A DNA stretch of 64,000 nucleotides, taken from an uncultured bacterium (GTDB lineage: Bacteria > Actinomycetota > Coriobacteriia > Coriobacteriales > Coriobacteriaceae). Shown piece by piece: positions 28,734 to 39,035 of the stretch; position 1 is the stretch's first letter, and each line of letters opens with the position of its first letter. The stretch spans positions 670 through 64,669 of the forward strand of contig CAJMPU010000013.1 of the NCBI GenBank assembly GCA_905215505.1, written 5' to 3'. Under the pieces are notes generated by a model. It did not search any database. It had not been told where the DNA came from and worked only from the letters and a program-made list of their open reading frames with translations. The translations under genes were made by a program, and so were the position numbers.

Positions 28734-29987
28734 ATGAAAAGACGCGAACATACATACGGTTATGAAGATGCTGCGGGCGTCACGCCGCCGCCCTGGACGG
28801 GGCCGGCGGTGGGCCTCATGGATCTCGATGCGTTTTTTGCGAGCGTGGAAATGCTCGACCATCCCGAGTGGCGCGGCAAGCCACTCATCGTGGGTGGCGA
28901 TGCCGATTCCCGCGGCGTTGTGTCCACCTGCTCATACGAGGCGCGTCGCTTTGGCGTGCATTCCGCCATGCCCTCGGCCGAGGCACGGCGTCTGTGTCCG
29001 CAGGCCATCTGGACACACGGGCACTTCGACCGCTACCGCGAGGTCAGTGCTCAGGTCATGGCGATTCTCGCCGACGAGACCCCGCGCGTTGAGCGCGTAT
29101 CCATCGACGAGGCCTTTATCGATATCACACCGGGTCGCTTTGAGCCCGAAGACCCGTTGCAGGTTGCACGGCGCATAAGCGACCGCGTGGCAACGCTGGG
29201 AGTGACCTGCTCCATTGGCGTGGGCTGCAACAAGACGGTGGCAAAGATCGCAAGCGAGCGGGACAAGCCGTTTGGGCTGACCATCGTGCGCCCCGGAACC
29301 GAGCAGCGCTTTTTGGCCGCACTGCCGGTATCTGCCATGAGCGGCATCGGGCGCTCGGCCGAGGAGCGACTGCGCCGCATGCGCATCTACACGCTCGGCG
29401 AGCTGTCACGTGCACCGGAATCCACCTTGGCCTCTATTTTTGGTGTCAACGGCGAACGCATGCGCCAGCGTGCGCTGGGACTCGAGGTTTCCGAAGTCAC
29501 GAGTCTGGACGAGGAACGCGAGGTTAAATCGGTGAGCAATGAGCGCACCTTCGCGAAAGATTTGACTGAGCGTGGGGATATTGAGGCGGCGATTGCGCTG
29601 TTGGGAGAGTCAGTGGGACGCCGCCTGCGCCGTCAGGGGCTAACGGGCGCCACGGTGACGCTCAAGCTCAAGTATACGTATGGAAGCGGGCGAACGGCGC
29701 AGCGGCGGCTGCCTCATCCGACCGACGATGAGAATATCTTCGTGGCGGTTGCACTCGAACTGCTCGACAACATCTGGCAGGAAGGCATGCATGTGCGTCT
29801 GGCGGGTATCGGGATGAGCGACTTTGACCATCAGGGCGGCATCCAGACCGACCTGTTCTGCGAAGTCGACGACCGCGGAGCCCAATCAAGCGACCGTCGC
29901 GACCTCTCCGTCGCGATCGATGCCGTCCGAGACAAGTTCGGCGACACCGCCCTATCTTTCGGCCGCCAATCCCGCTTCGACGATTAA
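28734..29987 (+). CDS. dinB: DNA polymerase IV (Y-family)
   Basis: DLDAFFASVE, STCSYEARRFGV, SIDEAFID, NKTVAKIAS, KSVSNERTF. Confidence 0.95.
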   Translation: MKRREHTYGYEDAAGVTPPPWTGPAVGLMDLDAFFASVEMLDHPEWRGKPLIVGGDADSRGVVSTCSYEARRFGVHSAMPSAEARRLCPQAIWTHGHFDRYREVSAQVMAILADETPRVERVSIDEAFIDITPGRFEPEDPLQVARRISDRVATLGVTCSIGVGCNKTVAKIASERDKPFGLTIVRPGTEQRFLAALPVSAMSGIGRSAEERLRRMRIYTLGELSRAPESTLASIFGVNGERMRQRALGLEVSEVTSLDEEREVKSVSNERTFAKDLTERGDIEAAIALLGESVGRRLRRQGLTGATVTLKLKYTYGSGRTAQRRLPHPTDDENIFVAVALELLDNIWQEGMHVRLAGIGMSDFDHQGGIQTDLFCEVDDRGAQSSDRRDLSVAIDAVRDKFGDTALSFGRQSRFDD

Positions 29988-29999
29988 CCGCCTTTGGGC

Positions 30000-30042
30000 A
30001 AAAAGAAAGCCGGGCAGGTGCGGAAAACCGCAACTGCCCGGC
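30000..30042. terminator. Terminator between convergent dinB and rsfS
   Basis: GCCGGGCAG...CTGCCCGGC stem with T-tract on the minus strand. Confidence 0.7.
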
Positions 30043-30085
30043 GAAATGCGCGAGGCTAGCTAAAAGCCCCATATTAAATGAGCCA

Positions 30086-30541
30086 CTAGAGGAGGTCGAG
30101 GGGGAGCTGGGGGGCGTCACCCCAGAGCTTTTCTAGGCGGTAAAAGTCGCGGGCTTCGGGAGTGAAGACGTGGACGACAACCGAGCCGTAGTCCATGAGC
30201 ATCCAGGTCTTCTGCTCGCGGCCCTCGATGGAGAGCGGATGCTCGCCGCAAGCCTCGGCAACCTTCTCCTCGATCTCGTCGACAATCGAATCGACCTGGC
30301 GGTTGTTGGTACCGGTGGCAAGCACAAAGTAGTCGCACACGTCGGAAAGCTCGGTCAGGTCGAGCACCTGCACGTCCTCGCCCTTCTTGTCGTAGGCGGC
30401 CTGCGCGGCGGCGCGGGCGACATCCTCGGCGGCGACACCGCTCGCGGACAGCGAGGCGGCGGTGCGGTCGGACGTGGCAACGAAACTCTTGTGCTCCACA
30501 CCTTCAAGAATCTGCTCGTCAGTCATGGTCTCGTCGGCCAT
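30086..30541 (-). CDS. rsfS: Ribosome silencing factor
   Basis: DKKGEDV, DYFVLATG, WMLMDYG, VVHVF, RDFYRLEKLW. Confidence 0.95.
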   Translation of the reverse strand: MADETMTDEQILEGVEHKSFVATSDRTAASLSASGVAAEDVARAAAQAAYDKKGEDVQVLDLTELSDVCDYFVLATGTNNRQVDSIVDEIEEKVAEACGEHPLSIEGREQKTWMLMDYGSVVVHVFTPEARDFYRLEKLWGDAPQLPLDLL

Positions 30542-30569
30542 GGAATACCTCTTTCTAGACACACCCGAG

Positions 30570-31193
30570 CTAGCGCAGCTGGGCGTAATGGTTGTAAATC
30601 GTAATAGCCGTGGGATAAAGATAGCGCCCGGACTGGATCACATAGACCAGACCCTGCGCAAAACAGGAGAAGAACAACTCATCGAGCGAGAACTTCCCCA
30701 CCATCTTGCGCAGCGCATGGGCATAGTCGCCGTGACGGTTGGGCTCGATGGCATCTGCCACAAAGACCACCATATCGAGCGGCGTCATGTCGCAGGCACC
30801 CACGGTGTGACGGTCGACAGCCTGGAAAACGGCCGGTGACAGCTCGGGAAAAAGCTGCGGAAGCTCATAGGCGGCAACAGGGCCATGCAAAAGCGGCGTC
30901 GCGGCGGAAGGAGAGCCGGCAACCTTGATGCCATAGTGAAGCGCGCGGGCCACGAGCTCGTCATCGGAAAGAACCTTGTCCCAGTCGTGAATTAAGCCGG
31001 CGGCAGCCGCATCAAAGCGGTCAACGCCGTAGACCTCGGCCAGATGAAGTGCGGTCTCGGCAACACCCAGCGAATGCACATAGCGCTTGCGCTTATCTTT
31101 CATGCGAACATCGAGCAGCTCTTGAATGCGCTTGAGCAGCGCGCGCTCATCGCCCTCAAACTGATCCTCTACCGACAACGTAGCCCCCATCAC
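30570..31193 (-). CDS. yqeK: HD-domain diadenosine tetraphosphatase YqeK
   Basis: RYVHSLGV, GLIHDWDK, LHGPV, HTVG, VADAIEPNR; between nadD and rsfS. Confidence 0.88.
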   Translation of the reverse strand: MMGATLSVEDQFEGDERALLKRIQELLDVRMKDKRKRYVHSLGVAETALHLAEVYGVDRFDAAAAGLIHDWDKVLSDDELVARALHYGIKVAGSPSAATPLLHGPVAAYELPQLFPELSPAVFQAVDRHTVGACDMTPLDMVVFVADAIEPNRHGDYAHALRKMVGKFSLDELFFSCFAQGLVYVIQSGRYLYPTAITIYNHYAQLR

Positions 31194-31867
31194 TCAAAAT
31201 CTTCTTGGCCCAAATCGGCATATAGCCTGCGCTTGCGAATGTAGCCGAGCACGGACTCGCTCGTAAGATAGCGCACGCTCATGCCGCGGGCAACTCGCTT
31301 ACGAATGTTCGTCGAGCTGATCGCCAGCGCCGGAATCTGAATATAGCGCACGTCGAACGGCAGCCCCGACTCTTTGATTCGGGCACGCGCCGTATCGATA
31401 TCAAAGCCCGGTCGCGTCGCCGCAATAAAGGTAGCAAGCTCAGCGATTCGTTCGGCATCATGCCAGGTCACAATATCGATAATCGCATCGGCGCCCGTAA
31501 TAAAGTAGAGCTTTACCTGCGGCGGGTAAAAATCGCGAAGGGCATGAAGCGTATCGGCCGTATAGGTTACACCCGGACGGTCAATCTCGAACCGGCTCGC
31601 CAAAAAGGCCGGGTTCGCGGCGGTGGCGAGGACCGTCATGGCATAACGGTCCTCGGCAGGCGTAACCGGCTTGTCAAGCTTAAAGGCGGGAGAGCCCGCC
31701 GGCATAAAGAGCACAGCGTCCAAGTCGAGCGACTCGCGTGCCTGCTCGGCAGTCACCAGGTGCCCGTAATGAATCGGGTCGAAGGTGCCGCCCATAATGC
31801 CAAGCCGAAACTCTTTGCCCACTTTTATGGGCAGCTCGGGCAAACCGATTCCACCGCGCAGCGACAT
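31190..31867 (-). CDS. nadD: Nicotinate-nucleotide adenylyltransferase
   Basis: MGGTFDPIHYGHL, FITGAD, ISSTNIR. Confidence 0.96.
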   Translation of the reverse strand: MSLRGGIGLPELPIKVGKEFRLGIMGGTFDPIHYGHLVTAEQARESLDLDAVLFMPAGSPAFKLDKPVTPAEDRYAMTVLATAANPAFLASRFEIDRPGVTYTADTLHALRDFYPPQVKLYFITGADAIIDIVTWHDAERIAELATFIAATRPGFDIDTARARIKESGLPFDVRYIQIPALAISSTNIRKRVARGMSVRYLTSESVLGYIRKRRLYADLGQEDFE

Positions 31868-31870
31868 GGC

Positions 31871-33349
<1,479 letters not shown>

Positions 33350-33353
33350 CTAC

Positions 33354-33396
33354 AAAAAGAGGGAGACCCTTGAATTCTAAAACTCAAGTGCCTCCC
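33354..33396 (-). terminator. Terminator-like hairpin between rpmA and obgE
   Basis: GGGAGGCACTTGA...TCAAGGGTCTCCC followed by TCTTTTT. Confidence 0.6.
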
Positions 33397-33421
33397 ACAT
33401 ATGTGCTCTATGAAGGGTGAA

Positions 33422-33679
33422 TTACGCGTTCGCGAGCGGGCGTACGCTGACCCTGTGCTTGATACCCTTGTGGAACTCAACGGTACCGTCGACCAGCGCG
33501 AACAGCGTGTCGTCCTTGCCACGACCAACGTTCTCACCCGGGTGGATGTGAGTGCCGTGCTGACGGACGAGAATCGTGCCCGTGGTTACCGTCTGGCCGG
33601 CATAGCGCTTCGTGCCAAGGCGCTGACCGCGGGAGTCACGGCCATTACGGGAGGAACCGAGTCCTTTTTTGTGTGCCAT
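33422..33679 (-). CDS. rpmA: 50S ribosomal protein L27
   Basis: [25 protein letters not shown]. Confidence 0.98.
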   Translation of the reverse strand: MAHKKGLGSSRNGRDSRGQRLGTKRYAGQTVTTGTILVRQHGTHIHPGENVGRGKDDTLFALVDGTVEFHKGIKHRVSVRPLANA

Positions 33680-33712
33680 TGTGTATACCTACTCTTTCGT
33701 TACGAGTGTAAT

Positions 33713-34087
33713 CTACTCGGCGACGGGAGCCTCGGCAACAGCCTCGGCCTCTGCCTTGACAGCCTTCTTGGCGCGGGACGTAGCCTGGACCTTCACGATC
33801 TTCAGCTTGGTGAGCTGCTGACGGTGACCCTTCAGACGACGATAGCGCTTGCGCTTGTGGAACTTGAAGACCAGCTGCTTCTCGCCCTTGAACTGCTCAA
33901 CGATCTGAGCGGTAACCTTGGCCTTAGCCAGCTTGTCGGGATCGGTGACGATCTTCTTACCATCGTTGAGGAAGATGACCGGCAGGGTGACCTTGTCGCC
34001 CTCATTGCCCTCGATCTTCTCGACGGTGATGACATCGTCGGTGGCGACCTTGTACTGCTTGCCGCCCGTGTTAACGATTGCGTACAT
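33713..34087 (-). CDS. rplU: 50S ribosomal protein L21
   Basis: MYAIVNTGGKQYKV, KGHRQ. Confidence 0.98.
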   Translation of the reverse strand: MYAIVNTGGKQYKVATDDVITVEKIEGNEGDKVTLPVIFLNDGKKIVTDPDKLAKAKVTAQIVEQFKGEKQLVFKFHKRKRYRRLKGHRQQLTKLKIVKVQATSRAKKAVKAEAEAVAEAPVAE

Positions 34088-34129
34088 GTTTACTTGCCCT
34101 TCATGCATCAGTTAGTGCAACAGCCGAAT

Positions 34130-34158
34130 ATAGTAGCAGGCGAAAATACCCCCGTCAA
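34130..34158 (-). promoter_or_regulatory. Sigma-A promoter of rplU-rpmA
   Basis: TTGACG-17 nt-TACTAT with extended TG. Confidence 0.7.
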
Positions 34159-34967
34159 CGAGTATGTGGAGCAAATCCACAAGTTCGCACAGGTATGGGG
34201 CTGACGAGTCGGCCCTCGTCGTCCTCGCATGCTTGATTCTGACGCTCGACATCGTAGGAGCAGATGGTCACGAGGTCTTGCATACCGGTGGAAACAATAG
34301 GTGCATCCACGCCCGGGGTCAAGCCCTGCAACAAAACATCAGCAGCGGAAAGCAAAATTTCCGGACGCATGGAGCCCTCGTTATCGGCATGGGTGTCGAG
34401 CATGAGCACCAAATGGTCCGGGCGCTCCCCCGCCGTGAGCTCATAGCCCACGAGCGTGTGATCCAAATCCAAGCGCTTGCTCTTTTTGCCGCGCGCGTAG
34501 TCGATGCCATGGCCCGCGCGCAGCGTGTCGATCGCACGACGCACCTCGTCGGCGCTTACGGGCGCCTCGGGATCCAAGTGCAGGTCGATGCGATACGACA
34601 GACGCGTAAGCTGAGCCGTCAACGCCGGCGTATGCACGTCGATGTACGCCGCCTCGATGGGCGCCAGATCGGCCGGAGACGCCGCAGCCAGGCGCCCAAA
34701 CGCCTCGTCGAGCGCCACGAACTCGGTCATAAACAGGTCATACCACTCGCAGATCGACGACGTACCCACCGGTAGCGCCGAAGAGAAGCCCACTCGCATG
34801 TGCGGAGAGAAGCCCTGCGTGACGGCATAGGGAAGTCCCGCACGGCGCACGATGCGCTCAATGGTATGGATTACTTCGAGATGGCCCAGGTACTTAAGGC
34901 GATCGCGCTTGCCATAGCGAACACGAAGTCTAAAGAGCGTGGGGTTGTCGGTCAGGCGCTCACTCAT
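34155..34967 (-). CDS. Radical SAM-linked protein (TIGR03936 / DUF2344-like)
   Basis: RLRVRYGK, YLGHLE, TQGFSPH, FSSALPVG; overlaps the stop of the radical SAM gene. Confidence 0.85.
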   Translation of the reverse strand: MSERLTDNPTLFRLRVRYGKRDRLKYLGHLEVIHTIERIVRRAGLPYAVTQGFSPHMRVGFSSALPVGTSSICEWYDLFMTEFVALDEAFGRLAAASPADLAPIEAAYIDVHTPALTAQLTRLSYRIDLHLDPEAPVSADEVRRAIDTLRAGHGIDYARGKKSKRLDLDHTLVGYELTAGERPDHLVLMLDTHADNEGSMRPEILLSAADVLLQGLTPGVDAPIVSTGMQDLVTICSYDVERQNQACEDDEGRLVSPIPVRTCGFAPHTR

Positions 34968-36841
34968 GCGCGATCACCCATCAATACATTCTTGGCGTGG
35001 AGCGTGGGGCAGATTCCGCAGCCGGTGCACGACGTGCGAGTGCAGTCGGGAGTCGTGACACCCTCGAGCGAGCGACGGTACTCGCGCTCGAGGAAGCCGC
35101 GCGTGCAGCCGGGGCTCACATGCTCCCACGGCAGACGCCAGTCCAACTCATAGGGCAGGTGCACAAGCTCATTGAGGTCGATGCCGTTTTTGGCAGCAGC
35201 CTCCTTCCAGTTATCGAGCGAGAAATGCTCTACCCAGGCGTCAAAGCGAGACCCCGAGCGCCAAGCATCGATGATGACGGGCGTCATGTCACGACCGACG
35301 CGGGAGAGCGCGGCCTCGATGAGCGAGGTCTCGGCATCGTGGTAATGCACGCGGACGGCACGGTTGCGAACGCTCGTGATAAGCAGCTTCTGGCGACGCT
35401 TGACGTCGTCGTAGTCGAGCTGCGGGCACCACTGGAACGGCGTGGCAGCCTTGGGGATAAACACCGAAACCGAGATGGACACCGAGATCGAGCCGCGACG
35501 AGCCTTGGGCACCACGGAACGACCGAGCTCCAGCACGTGATCGGCCAGATTGGCGATGGCCACGATGTCCTCGTCGCGCTCGCCGGGAAGGCCCATCATA
35601 AAGTAGAGCTTCATGCGGTTCCAGCCGGCCTCGAAGGCCGCCTTGGCCGCACGGTCCAGGTCCTCCTCGGTCACGTTCTTGTTAATGATGTCGCGCATGC
35701 GCTGGCTGCCGGCCTCGGGTGCGAACGTCAGGCCGCCCTTCTTTTCGCCGGCGACCGACTCGGCCATATCCACGCCAAACGAATCCAGGCGCTGCGACGG
35801 AATAGACACGCGAATACCCGTATCCTCCAGGCGACGGTTGAGCCTGCCGAGCACGTCGCGAATGCAGGAGTGGTCGGTCGTGGAGAGCGAGGTCAGCGAC
35901 ACCTCGTCATAGCCGGTCTTTTCCAGACCCTGAATCACCGACGAGACGATCTGGTCGGCCGAGCGCTCGCGCACCGGGCGATACGTCATGCCGGCCTGGC
36001 AAAAACGACAGCCGCGAGCGCAGCCACGCAGGATCTCGATAGACAGGCGGTCGTGGACCAGCTGCGCATAGGGTACACACGACTGCGACAGCGGATTCGT
36101 GGCGCCGAAATCCTCGACGACGCGCTTGTAGACCACGACCGGAGCATCCTTGCCCTCACGCGGCACGGTGTAGCCATGCGGCGAGCAGGGCTCATCGTGA
36201 CGAACCTCATAGAGCGACGGCACGTAGTTGCCGGCAATGGATGCAAGCTGCTCAACAATCTGCGCGCGCGGGACTCCTTCGTCACGCAGGCGGCGATGCA
36301 GCTGGCAGGTCTCGAGCAGCGATTCCTCGCCCTCGCCGATGAGGATGGCATCGAAGAAGGCCGCGTACGGCTCAGGGTTGTACACCGAGGGACCGCCGGC
36401 GATGATGATGGGGTCGTCTTCGCCTCGGTCGGCCGCTAACAGCGGAATGCCAGCGAGATCGAGTGCCTCGAGGAAGTTCGTCACCGCCATCTCGTGCGGC
36501 ACATGCAGACCGACGATATCAAACGAAGCGACGGGGGCAGCACCTTCGAGCGACAGCAGCGGAATGCCCGCCTCGCGCATGGCGTCACCCATGTCGGGCC
36601 ACGGCACATAGCCGCGCTCGCAGGAGATGCCCTCGGCCTGGTTAAGAATGTTGTAGAGGATGGCGATACCCTGGTTGGGCAGACCAACCTCGTACACATC
36701 CGGGTAGATCAAGCAGCAACGGTAGTCGGCATCGGCCTTGGAAAGCGTGCCCCACTCGTGATCGATATAGCGACTCGGCTTTTCGACCTTGGCGAGCAGC
36801 GGCTCAATTAAATGAAAACAGTCTTGGTATGCAACGCGCAA
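34964..36841 (-). CDS. Uncharacterised radical SAM protein (TIGR03960-like)
   Basis: VEKPSRY, YPDVYEVG, RGCARGCRFCQAG (CxxxCxxC), TFAPEAG, C-terminal CxxxxCxxCxxC. TTG start proposed. Confidence 0.88.
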   Translation of the reverse strand: MRVAYQDCFHLIEPLLAKVEKPSRYIDHEWGTLSKADADYRCCLIYPDVYEVGLPNQGIAILYNILNQAEGISCERGYVPWPDMGDAMREAGIPLLSLEGAAPVASFDIVGLHVPHEMAVTNFLEALDLAGIPLLAADRGEDDPIIIAGGPSVYNPEPYAAFFDAILIGEGEESLLETCQLHRRLRDEGVPRAQIVEQLASIAGNYVPSLYEVRHDEPCSPHGYTVPREGKDAPVVVYKRVVEDFGATNPLSQSCVPYAQLVHDRLSIEILRGCARGCRFCQAGMTYRPVRERSADQIVSSVIQGLEKTGYDEVSLTSLSTTDHSCIRDVLGRLNRRLEDTGIRVSIPSQRLDSFGVDMAESVAGEKKGGLTFAPEAGSQRMRDIINKNVTEEDLDRAAKAAFEAGWNRMKLYFMMGLPGERDEDIVAIANLADHVLELGRSVVPKARRGSISVSISVSVFIPKAATPFQWCPQLDYDDVKRRQKLLITSVRNRAVRVHYHDAETSLIEAALSRVGRDMTPVIIDAWRSGSRFDAWVEHFSLDNWKEAAAKNGIDLNELVHLPYELDWRLPWEHVSPGCTRGFLEREYRRSLEGVTTPDCTRTSCTGCGICPTLHAKNVLMGDRA

Positions 36842-36851
36842 CGGAAAACCC

Positions 36852-37781
36852 CTAAGCAGCGAGATCGGATGCGTCTTGGTAGGACGCCATAGGACGGGTA
36901 GCACCCGCGACCGTGGTCACCAGATCGCGAACGCGGGAGAACGTGGCGGTGACCACCTCGTTGGCACGGCTGTAGTCGACATCGCGCTCGTAGAGCGAAA
37001 CGAGCGCACGGCCCATGCCATAGGTGCCCGCGGCAGCAGTGAGCGCCTTGACGGCAAACCCAATATGCGGCGTCTGCTTGACGAGTGCGCGGGTGACCGC
37101 GCGGATCACAAGACCGCCGGCAAGCACGCCCGCGACCTCATAGCCGCGCTCAGGCTTAATGCCGCGTCCAAAGACGGCAGCGAGCTCAAAGAGCATGCCC
37201 ACCTGCGCCAGCGCCATAACGGGATAATCGGCGCCCGGCAAAAACACCAGCGCACCGGTCGCCATATTGGTGAGCGCGCACGAGGTGATGATACGATTGG
37301 CCGCCGCGATGCGCATAAAGGCAAAGTTCGCCGCAAAAGCCGTTTCCTTGTCGGTGCGATCGAGAATCCAGCGGGCAAGCGTCTCGAGCAGAAACGTCTT
37401 ATCGGTTGCCGCCACCACGCCGAGCATGGGCGTGGACTCCTCGATAAACGGCACCTCCACAGCAGACTCGGCAAGCACGCACACGGGCGCGCCGGCGATC
37501 ACGAGCTCCTGCACGGCACTCTCCAGGCGGTCGGAACCACACGAGAGCACCAGTACCACATCGGTATCGGTCTTTGGAGCAATTCGCTCCTCCCCCAGAC
37601 GCTCGACGCGCACAATGCCCGAGGTCGTCTGCGGCACAAAGGCGTCACGCACCGTCTCGGCCAGAAAGCGCGAGGCGGACGAATCCAGATAGACCGAGAC
37701 GCGCACCGGCGTATCGGAATCCTTCTTAACGGACGCGCCCATCTTAAAAGCGCGGGTCAGCTTATCTACGGGAATTTTCAT
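36852..37781 (-). CDS. Hypothetical protein, C-terminal DUF697/YcjF-like hydrophobic domain
   Basis: C-terminal GALVFLPGADYPVMALAQVGMLFELAAVFG...TYGMG pattern; alpha/beta N-terminal half. Confidence 0.6.
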   Translation of the reverse strand: MKIPVDKLTRAFKMGASVKKDSDTPVRVSVYLDSSASRFLAETVRDAFVPQTTSGIVRVERLGEERIAPKTDTDVVLVLSCGSDRLESAVQELVIAGAPVCVLAESAVEVPFIEESTPMLGVVAATDKTFLLETLARWILDRTDKETAFAANFAFMRIAAANRIITSCALTNMATGALVFLPGADYPVMALAQVGMLFELAAVFGRGIKPERGYEVAGVLAGGLVIRAVTRALVKQTPHIGFAVKALTAAAGTYGMGRALVSLYERDVDYSRANEVVTATFSRVRDLVTTVAGATRPMASYQDASDLAA

Positions 37782-37799
37782 AGCAAACCCCTCCAGCGG

Positions 37800-39026
37800 T
37801 TACGCGGCGCCCGAACGATGCCGCCATATGGATTGTACGATACCCACTGTCAGCAGCTGAATCATCATCGAAGACGAACCGAAGCTAATAAACGGTAGCG
37901 GAATACCGGTAATCGGCATCATGCCGATGCACATGCCGATGTTTTCGAAGGTCTGAAACGCCCACATGCCAACGATGCCCACACACGAAAGACGCAAGAA
38001 CAGCGACTCACACTTAAAGGCGACGCGAATCGTCGAAAAGATCAGCAGCACGTAGAGGCACAGGAGCAAAAAGGAACCGCAAAAGCCAAAGGTCTCGGAT
38101 AGGAAGGCGAAGACAAAGTCGGTGTGGAACTCAGGCAGAAAGCCGCCGGCCGACTGCGTCGCATGGCCCAAACCCTTACCAAAGAAGCCGCCCGAGCCAA
38201 CGGCGATAAGCGACTGCTGCAGGTTGTAGGCATCGTCCGAATCGGCATTATCGGGGTCGATAAAGACCGTCAGGCGGTTCATCTGATACTGCTTGATGAG
38301 CACATCGTGGCCGAGCAACGAATCAAAGACCGAATCGAGCGCCAGGACGAGGGCCACCAGGCCCACAAGCAGGGCCAGGGTCGACAGCACCCATTCGCGG
38401 CGCGCACCGCTCATGCAGATGACGATGGCGCCCGAGACCAGCACGACCAGGCCCGAGCCCAGGTCGCCCATGGCAACGACGGCCAAAAACGGGATGGACA
38501 GCATGCCGCAGAGCTTGACGTAGTCGCGAACGGTATCGATGCGGCCGTTATACTGCGAGCCAAGCGTGGCGATAAAGAAGATGGTGATGAGCTTGGCAAG
38601 CTCGACCGGCTGGAATGTCAAGCCGATACCGGGAATCTTGATCCAGCCCGTCATGCCCAGACCGCCCGTATAGGACAGACCCGGAATCTTGGGCGAGAAG
38701 ATCACGATCAGGTCGATGACGAGCAACGCCGTCGAAAAATTGGAAATACCGCGCAGATCGGTACGCCAGACGAGCACCGCAAGCACCGCGCCAATGCCAA
38801 TGCCCAGCAGGTGGCGCGAGAATGAGGCGTCGGCCTTAAACTGTGACGCCGACCAAATAATGATGGCGCCATAGGCAACGAGCGCGACGGTAGCCAGCAG
38901 CACACCGATATGCACCTTTTGGCGAAACGTACCGCGCGAGGCCGAAAGTTGCTTGTTGACGCGGTCCAGGCTGCTGCGAGAGCCGGTCTTGGTTGAACGG
39001 AACAGATCCGCCGGAGAAAAATCCAT
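37800..39026 (-). CDS. rodA: SEDS peptidoglycan glycosyltransferase RodA
   Basis: FQPVELAK, GDLGS, QSLIAVGSGG, LPEFHTDFVF, MPITGIPLPFISFGSS; downstream of pbp2. Confidence 0.93.
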   Translation of the reverse strand: MDFSPADLFRSTKTGSRSSLDRVNKQLSASRGTFRQKVHIGVLLATVALVAYGAIIIWSASQFKADASFSRHLLGIGIGAVLAVLVWRTDLRGISNFSTALLVIDLIVIFSPKIPGLSYTGGLGMTGWIKIPGIGLTFQPVELAKLITIFFIATLGSQYNGRIDTVRDYVKLCGMLSIPFLAVVAMGDLGSGLVVLVSGAIVICMSGARREWVLSTLALLVGLVALVLALDSVFDSLLGHDVLIKQYQMNRLTVFIDPDNADSDDAYNLQQSLIAVGSGGFFGKGLGHATQSAGGFLPEFHTDFVFAFLSETFGFCGSFLLLCLYVLLIFSTIRVAFKCESLFLRLSCVGIVGMWAFQTFENIGMCIGMMPITGIPLPFISFGSSSMMIQLLTVGIVQSIWRHRSGAA

Positions 39027-39035
39027 CGCAACCTC

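Noticed and set aside
33680..33712. Missing prp (ysxB) between rplU and rpmA
   Set aside because: L27 begins MAHKK with no N-terminal extension, so no Prp protease is expected.
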